Under the pieces are notes generated by a model that saw only the letters and a list, made by a program, of their open reading frames with translations, did no database searches and was not told the DNA's origin. The translations under genes were made by a program, and so were the position numbers. This document shows positions 19,700 through 29,045 of a stretch of DNA of 64,000 nucleotides, piece by piece. Each line of letters opens with the position of its first letter. Position 1 is the stretch's first letter. The stretch is from Myxococcota bacterium. Lineage in GTDB: Bacteria; Myxococcota_A; UBA9042; PHBI01; JAWLBL01. The DNA lies in NCBI GenBank assembly GCA_041687695.1, contig JAWLBL010000003.1:151660-215659 (forward strand). The letters run 5' to 3'.

Positions 19700-21739
19700 T
19701 CAGTCGAGCATGCGCAGGCCCTGCACGGGCTGCTTGGCGGCCGCGCGGCCAGCGCTGTACTGCGTGGCGACCAGCGTGCAGACCAGCGTCCCGACGGCGA
19801 TGACGACCAGCACCACGGCCTCGAGCTGCACGGGCAGGCGGTCGATGAGGTAGATGGCCGCGTCGAGCTGGTAGTCCACGGCGCCGATGACGGCGCAGGC
19901 CCCGACCCCGAGCAGCAGGCCGGCGACGATGCCGATGCCGGAGACGAGCAGGCCCTGCATGGTGAAGACGAGCCGCACGACCAGGCCGGTCGCGCCCATC
20001 GCCTTCAAGATGGCGATGTCGGGGGTCTTGTCGTGGATGACCATGATCTGCGAGCCCACCACCACGAAGCAGCCGACCACGACGATGATGAAGAAGAAGA
20101 TCGACAGGATGATCTCCTGCATCATCAAGGCGCTGAACAGGTTCTTGTTCATCTCCTTCCAGTCGATGAGGCGGTAGGTCGGCCGGTGGCCGAAGTCCAC
20201 CTCGTGGAACTTGAGCAGGCCCAGCATGTCGACCGCGTTGTTCAGGCCGCCGACGAAGCCGGCGGGGCGCTCGAGGTGGATGCCCGTGACCTGCCCGTCG
20301 GCCACGCGCTCGACCTTGCGGCGCAGCTCGCTGGCGCTGGCGACCAGGGTCTCGAGCGAGTAGGGATCGATGGCGGCGGCCACCCGGCGCTTGGTCTGTG
20401 CGACCTGGACCAGATCGTCGGAGCGGACCTCGATCCAGCGGATGACCGGGCCGCGGTTCAGAAAGCGCTGGGCGGCGTCGATGTTCACGAGCGCGAGGCG
20501 GACGTCGTACTCGTAGAAGCCGCTCTCGAAGACGCCGACGACCTCGTGCATCACGCTGCTGGGCGCCATGCCGAAGGGGCCCATCATCTTGTTGTCCACG
20601 CCGCGCAGGGGCGTGACCAGGGTCACCTCGGTGCCCACGTCGGCCTCGAGGCGGCGGGCGAGGTCGGCGCCCAGCAGGATGCCGGGCAGGCGCGCCGGGA
20701 CCGGCTGGTAGGACGTGTGCTCGCCCGGCGCGGTCGGGGTGAGGGGCGTAGGCCCGTCGGCACGGGTCAGCGTCAGCGGCGGGCCCGCGAGGCGCTGGTC
20801 GACGACGCGCACCATGGCCATGCGCTCGCGGCCGGCCGAGCGGGCTGGCTCGACCATCGGGCGGGCGACCAGGCCGCCCTCGTCGGGATCGGGCGCCAGG
20901 ACCAGCGTCACCAGCGTGTCCGGGTCCAGGCTGAGGCGCTGACCGGTCGGCGTCAGGCGCCACTCGCCGGCCGGGACCTCGAACGCGGGCCCGAGCGTGC
21001 CGGGGGTCGCCGCCCCGAGCGGCACGGGCAGGGCGGAGTCGGCCTCGAGGTCGTCGGGGTCGCCGCCGTCGGGGTCGTCGCGCGGGACGTCCGCCGGGTC
21101 GAGCTGCACCGCCAGGGGGGCGCCGGACGGGCGCAGGTCCAGGACCGCGACCCGGGCGTTGCCGGCGTCGGGCGGGGTGCGGTCCTCGTGCAGCACGCGG
21201 GGCGCGGCGGAGGGGCCCGGCGGGACGAGGACCGTCAGCCAGGTCCCGGCGACGGCGTCGGCCAGCACCAGGCGATCGCCCTGGACCGTCACGTGGGGCG
21301 CCTCGGCCAGGCCCTGCATCGAGCCCTTCCGGACCAGCCGCGGGATGTCGACCACCGAGGCGACGCTGGCGAGGTCGATGCCCTTGATGATGGCCCCGGC
21401 GCGCGCCACGCCCGCGGCCATCATCATGTCGTCGTAGGTCGCCGGGGTCGCGCCCGCCACGGAGGGCGTCGCGCGGATGTCCTCGAGGAGCTCCGGCCAC
21501 TCGGTGAAGTCGCTCGACCGCTTGAGGACGACCATGTGCGGGTACAGGCCGAGGATGCGCTCCTGGAAGGTGGCCTGGAAGCCCTCGGTGACGCCGAGCA
21601 CGACCGTCAGGGCCATGACGCCGCAGGCGATCCCGGCGATCGAGATGAGCGTGACCAGCGAGAGGGTCGGCGAACGCCGCGACTTCACGATGCGGAGGGC
21701 GATGAAGGCGGCCAGGCCCAGTCGGCGTAGGTACGGCAA
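19700..21739 (-). CDS. LolC/LolE-family lipoprotein-releasing ABC permease with large periplasmic insertions (start uncertain)
   Basis: ISIAGIACGVMAL.VVLGV..GF, VVGVFESGFYEYD, DWKEMNKNLFSAL, IAILKAMGA, IYLIDRLP. Confidence 0.88.
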   Translation of the reverse strand: MPYLRRLGLAAFIALRIVKSRRSPTLSLVTLISIAGIACGVMALTVVLGVTEGFQATFQERILGLYPHMVVLKRSSDFTEWPELLEDIRATPSVAGATPATYDDMMMAAGVARAGAIIKGIDLASVASVVDIPRLVRKGSMQGLAEAPHVTVQGDRLVLADAVAGTWLTVLVPPGPSAAPRVLHEDRTPPDAGNARVAVLDLRPSGAPLAVQLDPADVPRDDPDGGDPDDLEADSALPVPLGAATPGTLGPAFEVPAGEWRLTPTGQRLSLDPDTLVTLVLAPDPDEGGLVARPMVEPARSAGRERMAMVRVVDQRLAGPPLTLTRADGPTPLTPTAPGEHTSYQPVPARLPGILLGADLARRLEADVGTEVTLVTPLRGVDNKMMGPFGMAPSSVMHEVVGVFESGFYEYDVRLALVNIDAAQRFLNRGPVIRWIEVRSDDLVQVAQTKRRVAAAIDPYSLETLVASASELRRKVERVADGQVTGIHLERPAGFVGGLNNAVDMLGLLKFHEVDFGHRPTYRLIDWKEMNKNLFSALMMQEIILSIFFFIIVVVGCFVVVGSQIMVIHDKTPDIAILKAMGATGLVVRLVFTMQGLLVSGIGIVAGLLLGVGACAVIGAVDYQLDAAIYLIDRLPVQLEAVVLVVIAVGTLVCTLVATQYSAGRAAAKQPVQGLRMLD

Positions 21740-21897
21740 ATCGGTTTGACGCCCCGTATGGCGGTCGGCTAGAACGCAACGGCTTTCAAGAACCGGGCCC
21801 TCTATCATCCGGTCCCAGCATCCGCAAGCGAACGGTATGTTCGGGTAGAGCCCCGCGGCGGGCATCGGGACGGAGGGTCCGCCGGGGGAGAGAGACG

Positions 21898-23673
21898 ATG
21901 AGCATGCGGCGCTGGGTGACGGGCAAGGTCGGAGTGATGGGCGCGGTCGCCGTGCTGGCGGCGGGCGCCGCCTGCGGTGACGACCCGGTGAAGAACACCG
22001 AGGACACGGCGGTGACGGACGCGGGTGACGTCGGGACCGGCGATGGGCTCGGCGACGACGTGGACGAGCCGGACACCACGACCACGCCCGACGTCGAGCC
22101 GACCGAGGACGTCCCGGGCGACGAAGGCTCGGACCCCGACGTGGTGGCCGACGTCACGCCGCCCAGCGACGTCGTGGACGCGACCGACACGATGCAGTTC
22201 CCCGACCTCGCGCCGGACACGACCAGCCCCACGGTGGCGTCCATCACGCCGACGCCCGGGGCGACCGGCGTCGCGACGCCCTTCACGGTGCAGGTCACCT
22301 TCAGCGAGCCCATGCTCAATGTCGTCAAGCAGACCTTCAAGGTCCTTGACGTCAACAATCAGGTGCTCGACGGAGACGTGGCGGTGTCCGCCGACGAGAA
22401 GACCGCCACCTGGTCGCCCAAGCCGACGGCCAAGTTCCTCAAGGCCTCGCCGTACCGGGTGGTGCTCACCGGTGGGACCATCAAAGATCAGGCGGGCAAC
22501 CCGTTGGTCGAGAACTACGAGGCGACCTTCTACACCGAGGGCTACCCGGACATGGAGGACTACGCCGCCCTGGCCGCGGCGCACGCCCCCGATCTCCGCA
22601 GCGCCACCGCCGGGGCCGCCGAGGCCCAGGTCCCGGTGCGCTTCGACGCCGACGGCAACTGGGACGCCAGCGACAACAAGGCCTGGCTGACCACCGTGGC
22701 GACCCAGCTCGAGCCGTCGGTTTACTACGACGTCTCCGAGACCCACACCCACTACCACATCCACTACGCCTTCTTCTTCCCCTGGGTGAACCACCCGGTG
22801 GCCAACTCGGCCCACGCCAACGGCATGAGCGGCGCCCTGGTGGTCGTCGAGAAGGCGACCGAGACCACCGAGCAGCGCCCCATCGCCCTGACCACCTACT
22901 TCAAGCAGGCCGGTAAGGAGGAGACGTTCACCTACGTCACCACCGAGAGCGGCATCGTCGGCACGCAGAGCGTCGGCAAGTACAACCTCAAGGCCGCCTA
23001 CGCGCAGGACGACCTCTTCCCCGAGGGGCGCTTCCAGGCAGTGATCACGGCCGACAAGCATCACCTGTGCATCGAGCACGACCTGGGCGCGCCGACCGCC
23101 CTGCTGTGCCCCCAGCCCGAGGCCGGTCACGGCACCTTGAAGTTCGCCTACACCGACGGCACGGCGGACGTCATCGAGAAGACCGAGGCCGGCTGGCCCA
23201 TGACCATGAGCGCCATCGAGGGCGAGCCCGAGGTCCTCGGCTACGCCTTGGTGTCGATGGTCGACAGCCTGTGGCCCCGCCGCCTCGACGAGGGCATCTG
23301 GAAAGACGATTCGTATTCCAACTACTCGATGCCCGGTCGCCCTGGCGACGGCACCTACATGCCCGCGCGCTTCATCAACCCGAACCCGCCGATTGGCTCG
23401 GTCGCCTCGGGCCGCCCCATCTGGAATTGGCGTCACGACCCCTCGGCCGGGGACTCCAATCCGACCCTCCAGAAGTATGGCGTGCTGGGCATGGACCCCG
23501 CCTACTACGTGTGGCTCCGCCACTCGTCGGCCGACGACGCCGACACCTCGGTCCTGACCAACTCCGAGGCCAACGCCGCCTACAAGCTGGCCTTCCTGGC
23601 CTACTGCTTCAACCCCTACGCGGGCGTCGACCACCGCCTCATCGACCCGGCCTGCGCGCCGCCGGCCGAGTAG
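21898..23673 (+). CDS. lipoprotein: Asp/Pro/Thr linker, Ig-like (Big_5-type) domain, NPP1/Vps62-like C-terminal domain
   Basis: lipobox GAAC; DTTSPTV..ITP..GATGV...VTFSEPM, IKDQAGNPL; VYY.V.ET.THY.I.YAFFFP. Confidence 0.8.
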   Translation: MSMRRWVTGKVGVMGAVAVLAAGAACGDDPVKNTEDTAVTDAGDVGTGDGLGDDVDEPDTTTTPDVEPTEDVPGDEGSDPDVVADVTPPSDVVDATDTMQFPDLAPDTTSPTVASITPTPGATGVATPFTVQVTFSEPMLNVVKQTFKVLDVNNQVLDGDVAVSADEKTATWSPKPTAKFLKASPYRVVLTGGTIKDQAGNPLVENYEATFYTEGYPDMEDYAALAAAHAPDLRSATAGAAEAQVPVRFDADGNWDASDNKAWLTTVATQLEPSVYYDVSETHTHYHIHYAFFFPWVNHPVANSAHANGMSGALVVVEKATETTEQRPIALTTYFKQAGKEETFTYVTTESGIVGTQSVGKYNLKAAYAQDDLFPEGRFQAVITADKHHLCIEHDLGAPTALLCPQPEAGHGTLKFAYTDGTADVIEKTEAGWPMTMSAIEGEPEVLGYALVSMVDSLWPRRLDEGIWKDDSYSNYSMPGRPGDGTYMPARFINPNPPIGSVASGRPIWNWRHDPSAGDSNPTLQKYGVLGMDPAYYVWLRHSSADDADTSVLTNSEANAAYKLAFLAYCFNPYAGVDHRLIDPACAPPAE

Positions 23674-23705
23674 CCGGCCCAGCCGACAGGCAAGCGACCC
23701 GACCG

Positions 23706-23742
23706 GAGGGCCGCGAGGACATGCGCCTCGCGGCCCTTCTTT
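23706..23742. terminator. hairpin terminator between convergent genes
   Basis: GAGGGCCGCGAGG / CCTCGCGGCCCTTC followed by TTT. Confidence 0.7.
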
Positions 23743-23756
23743 GTGTGTGGGTGCCG

Positions 23757-25799
23757 CTACATGCTACGGCAGCAGCGGAAGCCAACGTCGCCGGCTCCAA
23801 TGTTCAGCTGCCAACGAGTGGAGGCGCGTAGGAAGCTGGCGCCCATGAAGAAGCTGCCGCCGCGTTGGATACGGTCGACTCCGCTACCAGAGCACTCGGT
23901 GATCCATGCGGAGCCGTCGGTCGGCGCGCCATCGTAGGTCCAGTGATCGCAGTCCTCGACCCACTCCCAGACGTTGCCGGCCATCCCTAGTGCACCATAC
24001 GGACTCTTTGCGGCGGGGAAGGAGGCGGCGGGAACCGTCGCAAGGGTCCCGCATTGGTCGTAGTGCGCCACGGCGCAAGAGGGGGCGTCGTTGCCCCAAG
24101 GGTAGATAGCCGAGGCGGCGCTGCAAAGCTCGCCCGGGTACTGTTCGCAGCCGCCGCGAGCCGCCTTCTCCCATTCCGCTTCGGTACAGAGCCTCGCGTC
24201 CATCCACTGGCAGTACTTCACCGCCTGCGACCAGTCGACGAAGTTCATCGGGTGGTTCTGCTTGGCTGTGTTCGGAAAGGTGGCTCGCTCCGAGTAATAT
24301 GGGTCTCCGTGGCTGATGGGCCCCGTGCACCCCCCTGCGTTGACGCATTGCTTGTAGTTCGCGGCCATCACCTCGGTCTTCCAGATCGCGAACCCGGGGA
24401 CGTCGACTTCATGTTGTGGCAGCTCCCCGGAGTCACAGGCGCCGTCCAACGCGAGGTTGCAGCCCATCCAGAAGGGACCCGCGGGAACGAAGACCTCGGT
24501 CGCCGACTCGCAGGTGCCACTGCCCGTGCAGGTGAAGCCGTCGGGGCAGGGGACGCCGAGCTTCCCGCAGGGTGGCTCCGAGCATTGGCCCTGCGCGTTG
24601 CAGACCAAGCCGCCGGTACACGCGCCGCACAGGCCGCCGCAGCCGTTGTCGCCGCACTGCTTGTCGGCGCAGTCGGGCTGGCAGACGCACTGTCCGGCGG
24701 CGGTGCACGCCTGACCCGTCCCGCAGGTGCCGCAGGTCCCACCGCAGCCGTCGTCGCCGCACTGCATGCCGGCACAGTCGGGCTGGCAGACGCACTGGCC
24801 GGCGGCGGTGCACGCCTGACCCGTCCCGCATGATCCACAGGTCCCGCCGCAGCCGTCGTCGCCGCACTGCTTGTCGGCGCAGTCGGGCTGGCAGACGCAC
24901 TGTCCGGCGGCGGTGCACGCCTGACCCGTCCCGCAGGTTCCGCAGGTCCCGCCGCAGCCGTCGTCGCCGCATTGCTTGCCGGCGCAGTCGGGCTGGCAGA
25001 CACACTGTCCGGCGGCGGTGCACGCCTGACCCGTCCCGCAGGTGCCGCAGGTCCCACCGCAGCCGTCGTCGCCGCACTGCTTGCCGGCGCAGTCGGGCTG
25101 ACACACGCATTGGCCTTCAGTCGTGCAGGTCTCGCTCGCCTCGCAGGAGCCGCAGGAGCCGCCGCAACCGTCTCCGCCGCACGTCTTGACCTCGCAGTCG
25201 GGGACGCAGACGCACGTTCCGGCTCCGGAGCACTCGTGCTGCGGCCCGCAGTCCGTCGCCTCGACGCATTCGCAGCCGCTCAGATCCTCGAAGCAGCCGC
25301 TTTCCGCCTCGCTGCACACCGCTGACGCGCAGTTCCGGGCTGGGGAGGGGCACGTGATCGGGGTTCCGGCGCAGGTGCCCGCCATGCACCCGTCGTCGTG
25401 GGTGCAGGCCAGACCATCGTCACACGAGGTGCCATCCCCGGCTGCGACGGTCGTGCACAGCCCGGCCTGGCAGCGCGGCAGCGAGCAAGCGTCCTCGACC
25501 TGAGCCGCGCAGTCCGCGTCGACGATGCAGGAGGGCTCAACCACATCGTCCTGCATCCCGTCCGAGACGCCGGCGTCCACATCGGCGCCCGTGTCCAAGG
25601 CGACGACGTCGTCCGAAGACGGTTCCGAGTCAGCCCCCTTCGGAGCATCGCCCTCGGCGTCCTCTACATTGCCGCCCTGGGAGGCGACGCAGCCGGGAGC
25701 GTCTGGTGTCTCTTCGCAGGTGGGGACGTACGTGAAGCACGCGCTCGACGTGAAGATCAGGATGGCGCCGAGCAGCGCGTCGAAAGCGTAGGCTTTCAT
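23757..25799 (-). CDS. lipoprotein with Cys-rich tandem repeats and C-terminal FGE-sulfatase (SUMF1/CLec-like) domain
   Basis: lipobox SSAC; PAGPFWMG, E.PQHEV, TEAEWEKAARGG, YPWGN, MAGNVWEWV.D, RGGSF, GFRCCR. Confidence 0.9.
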   Translation of the reverse strand: MKAYAFDALLGAILIFTSSACFTYVPTCEETPDAPGCVASQGGNVEDAEGDAPKGADSEPSSDDVVALDTGADVDAGVSDGMQDDVVEPSCIVDADCAAQVEDACSLPRCQAGLCTTVAAGDGTSCDDGLACTHDDGCMAGTCAGTPITCPSPARNCASAVCSEAESGCFEDLSGCECVEATDCGPQHECSGAGTCVCVPDCEVKTCGGDGCGGSCGSCEASETCTTEGQCVCQPDCAGKQCGDDGCGGTCGTCGTGQACTAAGQCVCQPDCAGKQCGDDGCGGTCGTCGTGQACTAAGQCVCQPDCADKQCGDDGCGGTCGSCGTGQACTAAGQCVCQPDCAGMQCGDDGCGGTCGTCGTGQACTAAGQCVCQPDCADKQCGDNGCGGLCGACTGGLVCNAQGQCSEPPCGKLGVPCPDGFTCTGSGTCESATEVFVPAGPFWMGCNLALDGACDSGELPQHEVDVPGFAIWKTEVMAANYKQCVNAGGCTGPISHGDPYYSERATFPNTAKQNHPMNFVDWSQAVKYCQWMDARLCTEAEWEKAARGGCEQYPGELCSAASAIYPWGNDAPSCAVAHYDQCGTLATVPAASFPAAKSPYGALGMAGNVWEWVEDCDHWTYDGAPTDGSAWITECSGSGVDRIQRGGSFFMGASFLRASTRWQLNIGAGDVGFRCCRSM
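24585..25215 (-). repeat. six 105-bp (35-aa) tandem repeats, CVCQPDCAGKQCGDDGCGGTCGTCGTGQACTAAGQ
   Basis: anchor [GA]CAGTCGGG at 24669, 24774, 24879, 24984, 25089, 25194. Confidence 0.95.
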
Positions 25800-26117
25800 G
25801 AGGACTCCTGGTGGTGGAAGGTTGGCGAGCTTCCAGGCTAGCCGCCCCTGAGCTCGATGCGCAAGGCGACCTGGCATCGAGAACCTCGGCTGGTGGAGGA
25901 CGCCCCGGCCGACCGGGATCGCGTCCAGGCCCTCGAACGAGGGTCGGGCGGCCGAGCGAGGAGCCGTTCTCGGGTCCGGGGAGGACGTCGCGAGGGTCCA
26001 CCGGTCGCCAAGACGAACCCGGGATGGGGCCGGGGCGGTCGCGATGGTTTGCGCTGGGGTTCCGGGACGACATCGCGAGGACCTCGCGGATGCTAGCCGG
26101 ATCGCGGCCGGGCGCAG

Positions 26118-26445
26118 GGGCGATTGGCATGGATCGGGCAGCGCCGCCGGGAGCGCGCTGGGACGGTCGGGCGGCTCGGCGCCGGGTCCCGGTATGGCGC
26201 TGGGGCGGTCGGGGGGGCCGGTGCAGGGGCGCAGGAGGGCGTCGGGGCGATCGGGATCGGTCGGGGAGGGGTGCGGGGAGGGCGTTGGGGCGGTCGGAAG
26301 GCCCGGCGCGTGGGCGCGGGAGGGTGCTGGGGCGGTCGGCGGGCCGGTGCAGGGTCACGGGAGGGCGCGGGGGCGATCGGGATCGGTCGGGGTGGGGCGC
26401 TGGGAGGACGCTGGGCGGTCGGGCCGCCCGGCGCGCGGTCGCGGT
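26118..26445. repeat. non-coding G-rich degenerate array of eight 41-43 bp units with 3-unit higher-order period
   Basis: GG(G/A)CG(G/A)T(C/T)GG anchors at 26118, 26161, 26203, 26245, 26288, 26330, 26371, 26413. Confidence 0.8.
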
Positions 26446-26583
26446 GGAGCGCGGTGGCACGAGGCGGGGCGCAGGCGGGCTCACGGGGGTTCGAAAGGGC
26501 GAAGCCCGGCGGAGGGCCGAGCTTCGCGGAGCGCCCTCCGCTCTTAGAGCGTCAGGCGCGTTCGTGGCAGGATCCGCGCGGGA

Positions 26584-28002
26584 TCAGAAGTCGCCGCAGT
26601 CGACGACGTCGACCTGGTAGTTGATGGTCTGGGTGCTGGTCGCGACGGTCACGTCGTAGACCTGACCGGCCTCCATGGTCCAGCCCTGGGGGATCATCGA
26701 CAGGGCGTACTTGCTGCCGTAGTTCGAGGCGAGCTGCGTCACCTTGATGGGCAGCGTCTGGCCGCCCGCGCGGATGGTGACCTTGGCGCCCGTCAGGTTG
26801 ATGGAGTCGCTCTGGAACGACCAGCCGGTCTTGTCCATGCTGCTCCAGCCGAGCGCGTTGGCCTCGTAGGGGAACACGCCCGGCGGCGGCCAGGCCACCC
26901 AGGGCTCGCCGGCCTTGCCGCTGCCCGACAGCACCCACATGCACGAGTAGCCGCTGGTCGAGCCCAGGCCGATGGGGCCCAGCGAGTTCGACAGCAGCCA
27001 GCGGCGGTGCCCCAGGGTCGTCGCGTTGCCCGGATCGATCATGTACATGTCGACCGCGTACACGCCGGCCACCGTGGCGATGTTGCTCTTGCCGGCGGCC
27101 TGCGCGCCCGTCTGCGAGTAGCACTTCCAGCTGGTCGGCGGCGTGTGCGTGATGGAGTTGTTGGCCTCCATCATCAGCGCGCACTGCTGAGCGGCCGAGT
27201 TGCGCGTCGGGTCCGTCTGGACCTCCGGCATCCCCGCCAGGAAGCGGTACAGGTTGACGATCTTCAACGCGTTGCCGCGGCCGGTCGCCGAGATGTCACC
27301 GGCGTTGCAGCTGGCCTCGCTGCCGCTCCAGCTGCCCTCGCTGAGGTTGGCGCGGTCGGCGTTCCAGCGGCCGCAGACGGCCTCGGCCGGGTCGCTGGGC
27401 CCGGGCCCGGCGTCGGGCGTGCTGGAGCCTGAGTCGGGCTCGCTGCTGCCGGAATCGGGGTAGCTCGTGCCGGAGTCCGGGGTGCTCGTGCCCGAGTCGG
27501 GGGTGCTGGTGCCCGAGTCCGGATAGCTGGTGCCCGAGTCGGGGGTGCTGGTGCCCGAGTCGGGATAGCTGGTGCCCGAGTCCGGGGTGCTCGTGCCCGA
27601 GTCGGGGGTGCTCGTGCCCGAGTCCGGCTTGGTCGTGCCCGAGTCGGGGTAGCTGGTGCCGGCGTCCGGCTTGGTCGTGCCCGAGTCGGGGTAGCTGGAC
27701 CCGGCGTCCGGCGTGGTCGTGCCCGAGTCGGGATAGCTGGACCCGGCGTCCGGCGTGGTCGAGCCCGAGTCTGGGGTCGTGGTTCCGGCGTCGGGCTTGG
27801 TGGTGCCCGAGTCTGGGGTGGTGGTGCCGGCGTCGGGCGTCGAGGCGTCCGTGTCCGAATCCTCGGCGCCGGACTTGCTCTCGTCCGGGGTCGTGTCGGC
27901 GGTCGCGTCGACCTCCCGACCGATGTCGGTGGCGCCCTCGTCGCAGGCGACGAGGCCCGCCATCAGCATCCAGCAGGCCAGCCCGGCCTTTACGTAGCTC
28001 AT
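26584..28002 (-). CDS. CAP/SCP-domain lipoprotein with long repeat linker
   Basis: lipobox LVAC; VNLYRFLAGMP, AQQCALMM.AN..ITHTPP, GHRRWLL. Confidence 0.88.
   Translation of the reverse strand: MSYVKAGLACWMLMAGLVACDEGATDIGREVDATADTTPDESKSGAEDSDTDASTPDAGTTTPDSGTTKPDAGTTTPDSGSTTPDAGSSYPDSGTTTPDAGSSYPDSGTTKPDAGTSYPDSGTTKPDSGTSTPDSGTSTPDSGTSYPDSGTSTPDSGTSYPDSGTSTPDSGTSTPDSGTSYPDSGSSEPDSGSSTPDAGPGPSDPAEAVCGRWNADRANLSEGSWSGSEASCNAGDISATGRGNALKIVNLYRFLAGMPEVQTDPTRNSAAQQCALMMEANNSITHTPPTSWKCYSQTGAQAAGKSNIATVAGVYAVDMYMIDPGNATTLGHRRWLLSNSLGPIGLGSTSGYSCMWVLSGSGKAGEPWVAWPPPGVFPYEANALGWSSMDKTGWSFQSDSINLTGAKVTIRAGGQTLPIKVTQLASNYGSKYALSMIPQGWTMEAGQVYDVTVATSTQTINYQVDVVDCGDF
27405..27840 (-). repeat. about 21 copies of a 21-bp (7-aa) [TYK]PD[SA]G[TS][TS] repeat
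   Basis: counted from the translation of the CAP lipoprotein. Confidence 0.92.
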
Positions 28003-28145
28003 CTTCCCTCCTTTTCGCGCGGTCAGCGCGACGGAGGGCACCCTAGCGGCTCATGCGACGCCGTCGGAAGGTCTGGGCAAGATGGGTGATATTCCCGACA
28101 TCACTAGCTTTTATTGCCATTGTGCGCTGCGGGCGCGGGCTCGCC

Positions 28146-29045
28146 TCAGGCCAGCGCCTGGGCCAGCGTCTCGGGCCCCAGCACGCGTCGCACGTAGTCG
28201 GCGATGCGCTTCTTCAGGCGCACCTCCAGCTGCCGCGCGCGCTCCTTGGACACCCCGAAGCGCCGCCCGATGTCCTCGAGGCGCACCGGCTCCTCGGCGG
28301 TGAGGCGCTCGTCCCAGAGCGCCGCCTCGCGCGGCCCCAGCGTCGCCCGCAGCTCCGCCAGGACGCTCGCCGTCCGCTCGCGCAGCTCGGCTTCGGTCGC
28401 CAGCGCCTCGGGATCGGGCCGGTCGGGGTCGGCGGTCAGCTCCGATCGCGGCGAGCCGCCCTCGACGAGCGGTGCGTCCAGGCTGGTCGCCGCGTAGTCC
28501 AGCACGGGCGCCAGCTGGTCCAGGTCCGCCTCCGTCACGCCCAGGCGCTCGGCCAGGCGCGCGTGGGTCGGCTCGAGGCCCTCCTGTTCCAAGGCCCGCC
28601 GCTCGCGCTCGAGCCGCCAGAAGAGCTTGCGGCCGGCGCGGCTGCCGGTGTGGACCACGTGGCGGTTGGCCTGGATCCAGGTCAGGATGCGCGCGCGGAT
28701 CCAGAAGGCCGCGTAGGTCGGGAACGGGATCCCGCGGCTCGCGTCGAAGCGCGAGATCGCCTCGACCAGGCCGACGTTGCCCTCGGCGACCAGCTCCATC
28801 AGCTCGGCCCAGCTGCGCGTCAGCTGGGTCGCGATGCGGACGACCAGGCGCACGTTCGAGGCCACCAGCCGCGCGGCGAGGCGCGGGTCCTGGGTGCGCT
28901 GGTACTCCTGGGCCAGGCGCGCCTGCTCGTCGGCGGGCAGCAGGGTCACGTGACGCAGCGAGGCCATGTGCAGGTCGCGGGCCGAGGGGCCGGCGATGGC
29001 GACGTCGGAGCGGTTGCGGCGATAGGCGGTGGCGGCGTTGATCAT
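28146..29045 (-). CDS. alternative sigma70 factor, RpoH/sigma32-like subfamily
   Basis: LVASNVRLVV.IA, EGNVGL.EA..RFD, TYAAFWIRA.I, RKLFWRL (RpoH-box-like), GVSKERARQLE. Confidence 0.9.
   Translation of the reverse strand: MINAATAYRRNRSDVAIAGPSARDLHMASLRHVTLLPADEQARLAQEYQRTQDPRLAARLVASNVRLVVRIATQLTRSWAELMELVAEGNVGLVEAISRFDASRGIPFPTYAAFWIRARILTWIQANRHVVHTGSRAGRKLFWRLERERRALEQEGLEPTHARLAERLGVTEADLDQLAPVLDYAATSLDAPLVEGGSPRSELTADPDRPDPEALATEAELRERTASVLAELRATLGPREAALWDERLTAEEPVRLEDIGRRFGVSKERARQLEVRLKKRIADYVRRVLGPETLAQALA

Noticed and set aside
17291..21730. 1479-aa plus-strand ORF and many other long overlapping ORFs
   Set aside because: Antisense shadow of mgtE/RodZ-like/lolC-E; long stop-free frames are expected at this GC content and carry no motifs
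21829..21843. Second LexA-like palindrome CGAAC-GGTAT-GTTCG
   Set aside because: Spacer is 5 rather than 4 nt and the flanking genes are envelope-related; may just be a -10 region
23757..23900. Complete diversity-generating retroelement
   Set aside because: No RT, Avd or template repeat found in the window
26118..26445. CRISPR array
   Set aside because: Repeats are degenerate, the intervening parts repeat every third unit instead of being unique, and no cas genes are present
26484..26545. GGGGGTTCGAAAGGGCGAAGCCC and GCGGAGGGC/GCCCTCCGC hairpin as an IS end or REP
   Set aside because: Single occurrence with no transposase; more simply a terminator-like hairpin after the CAP gene
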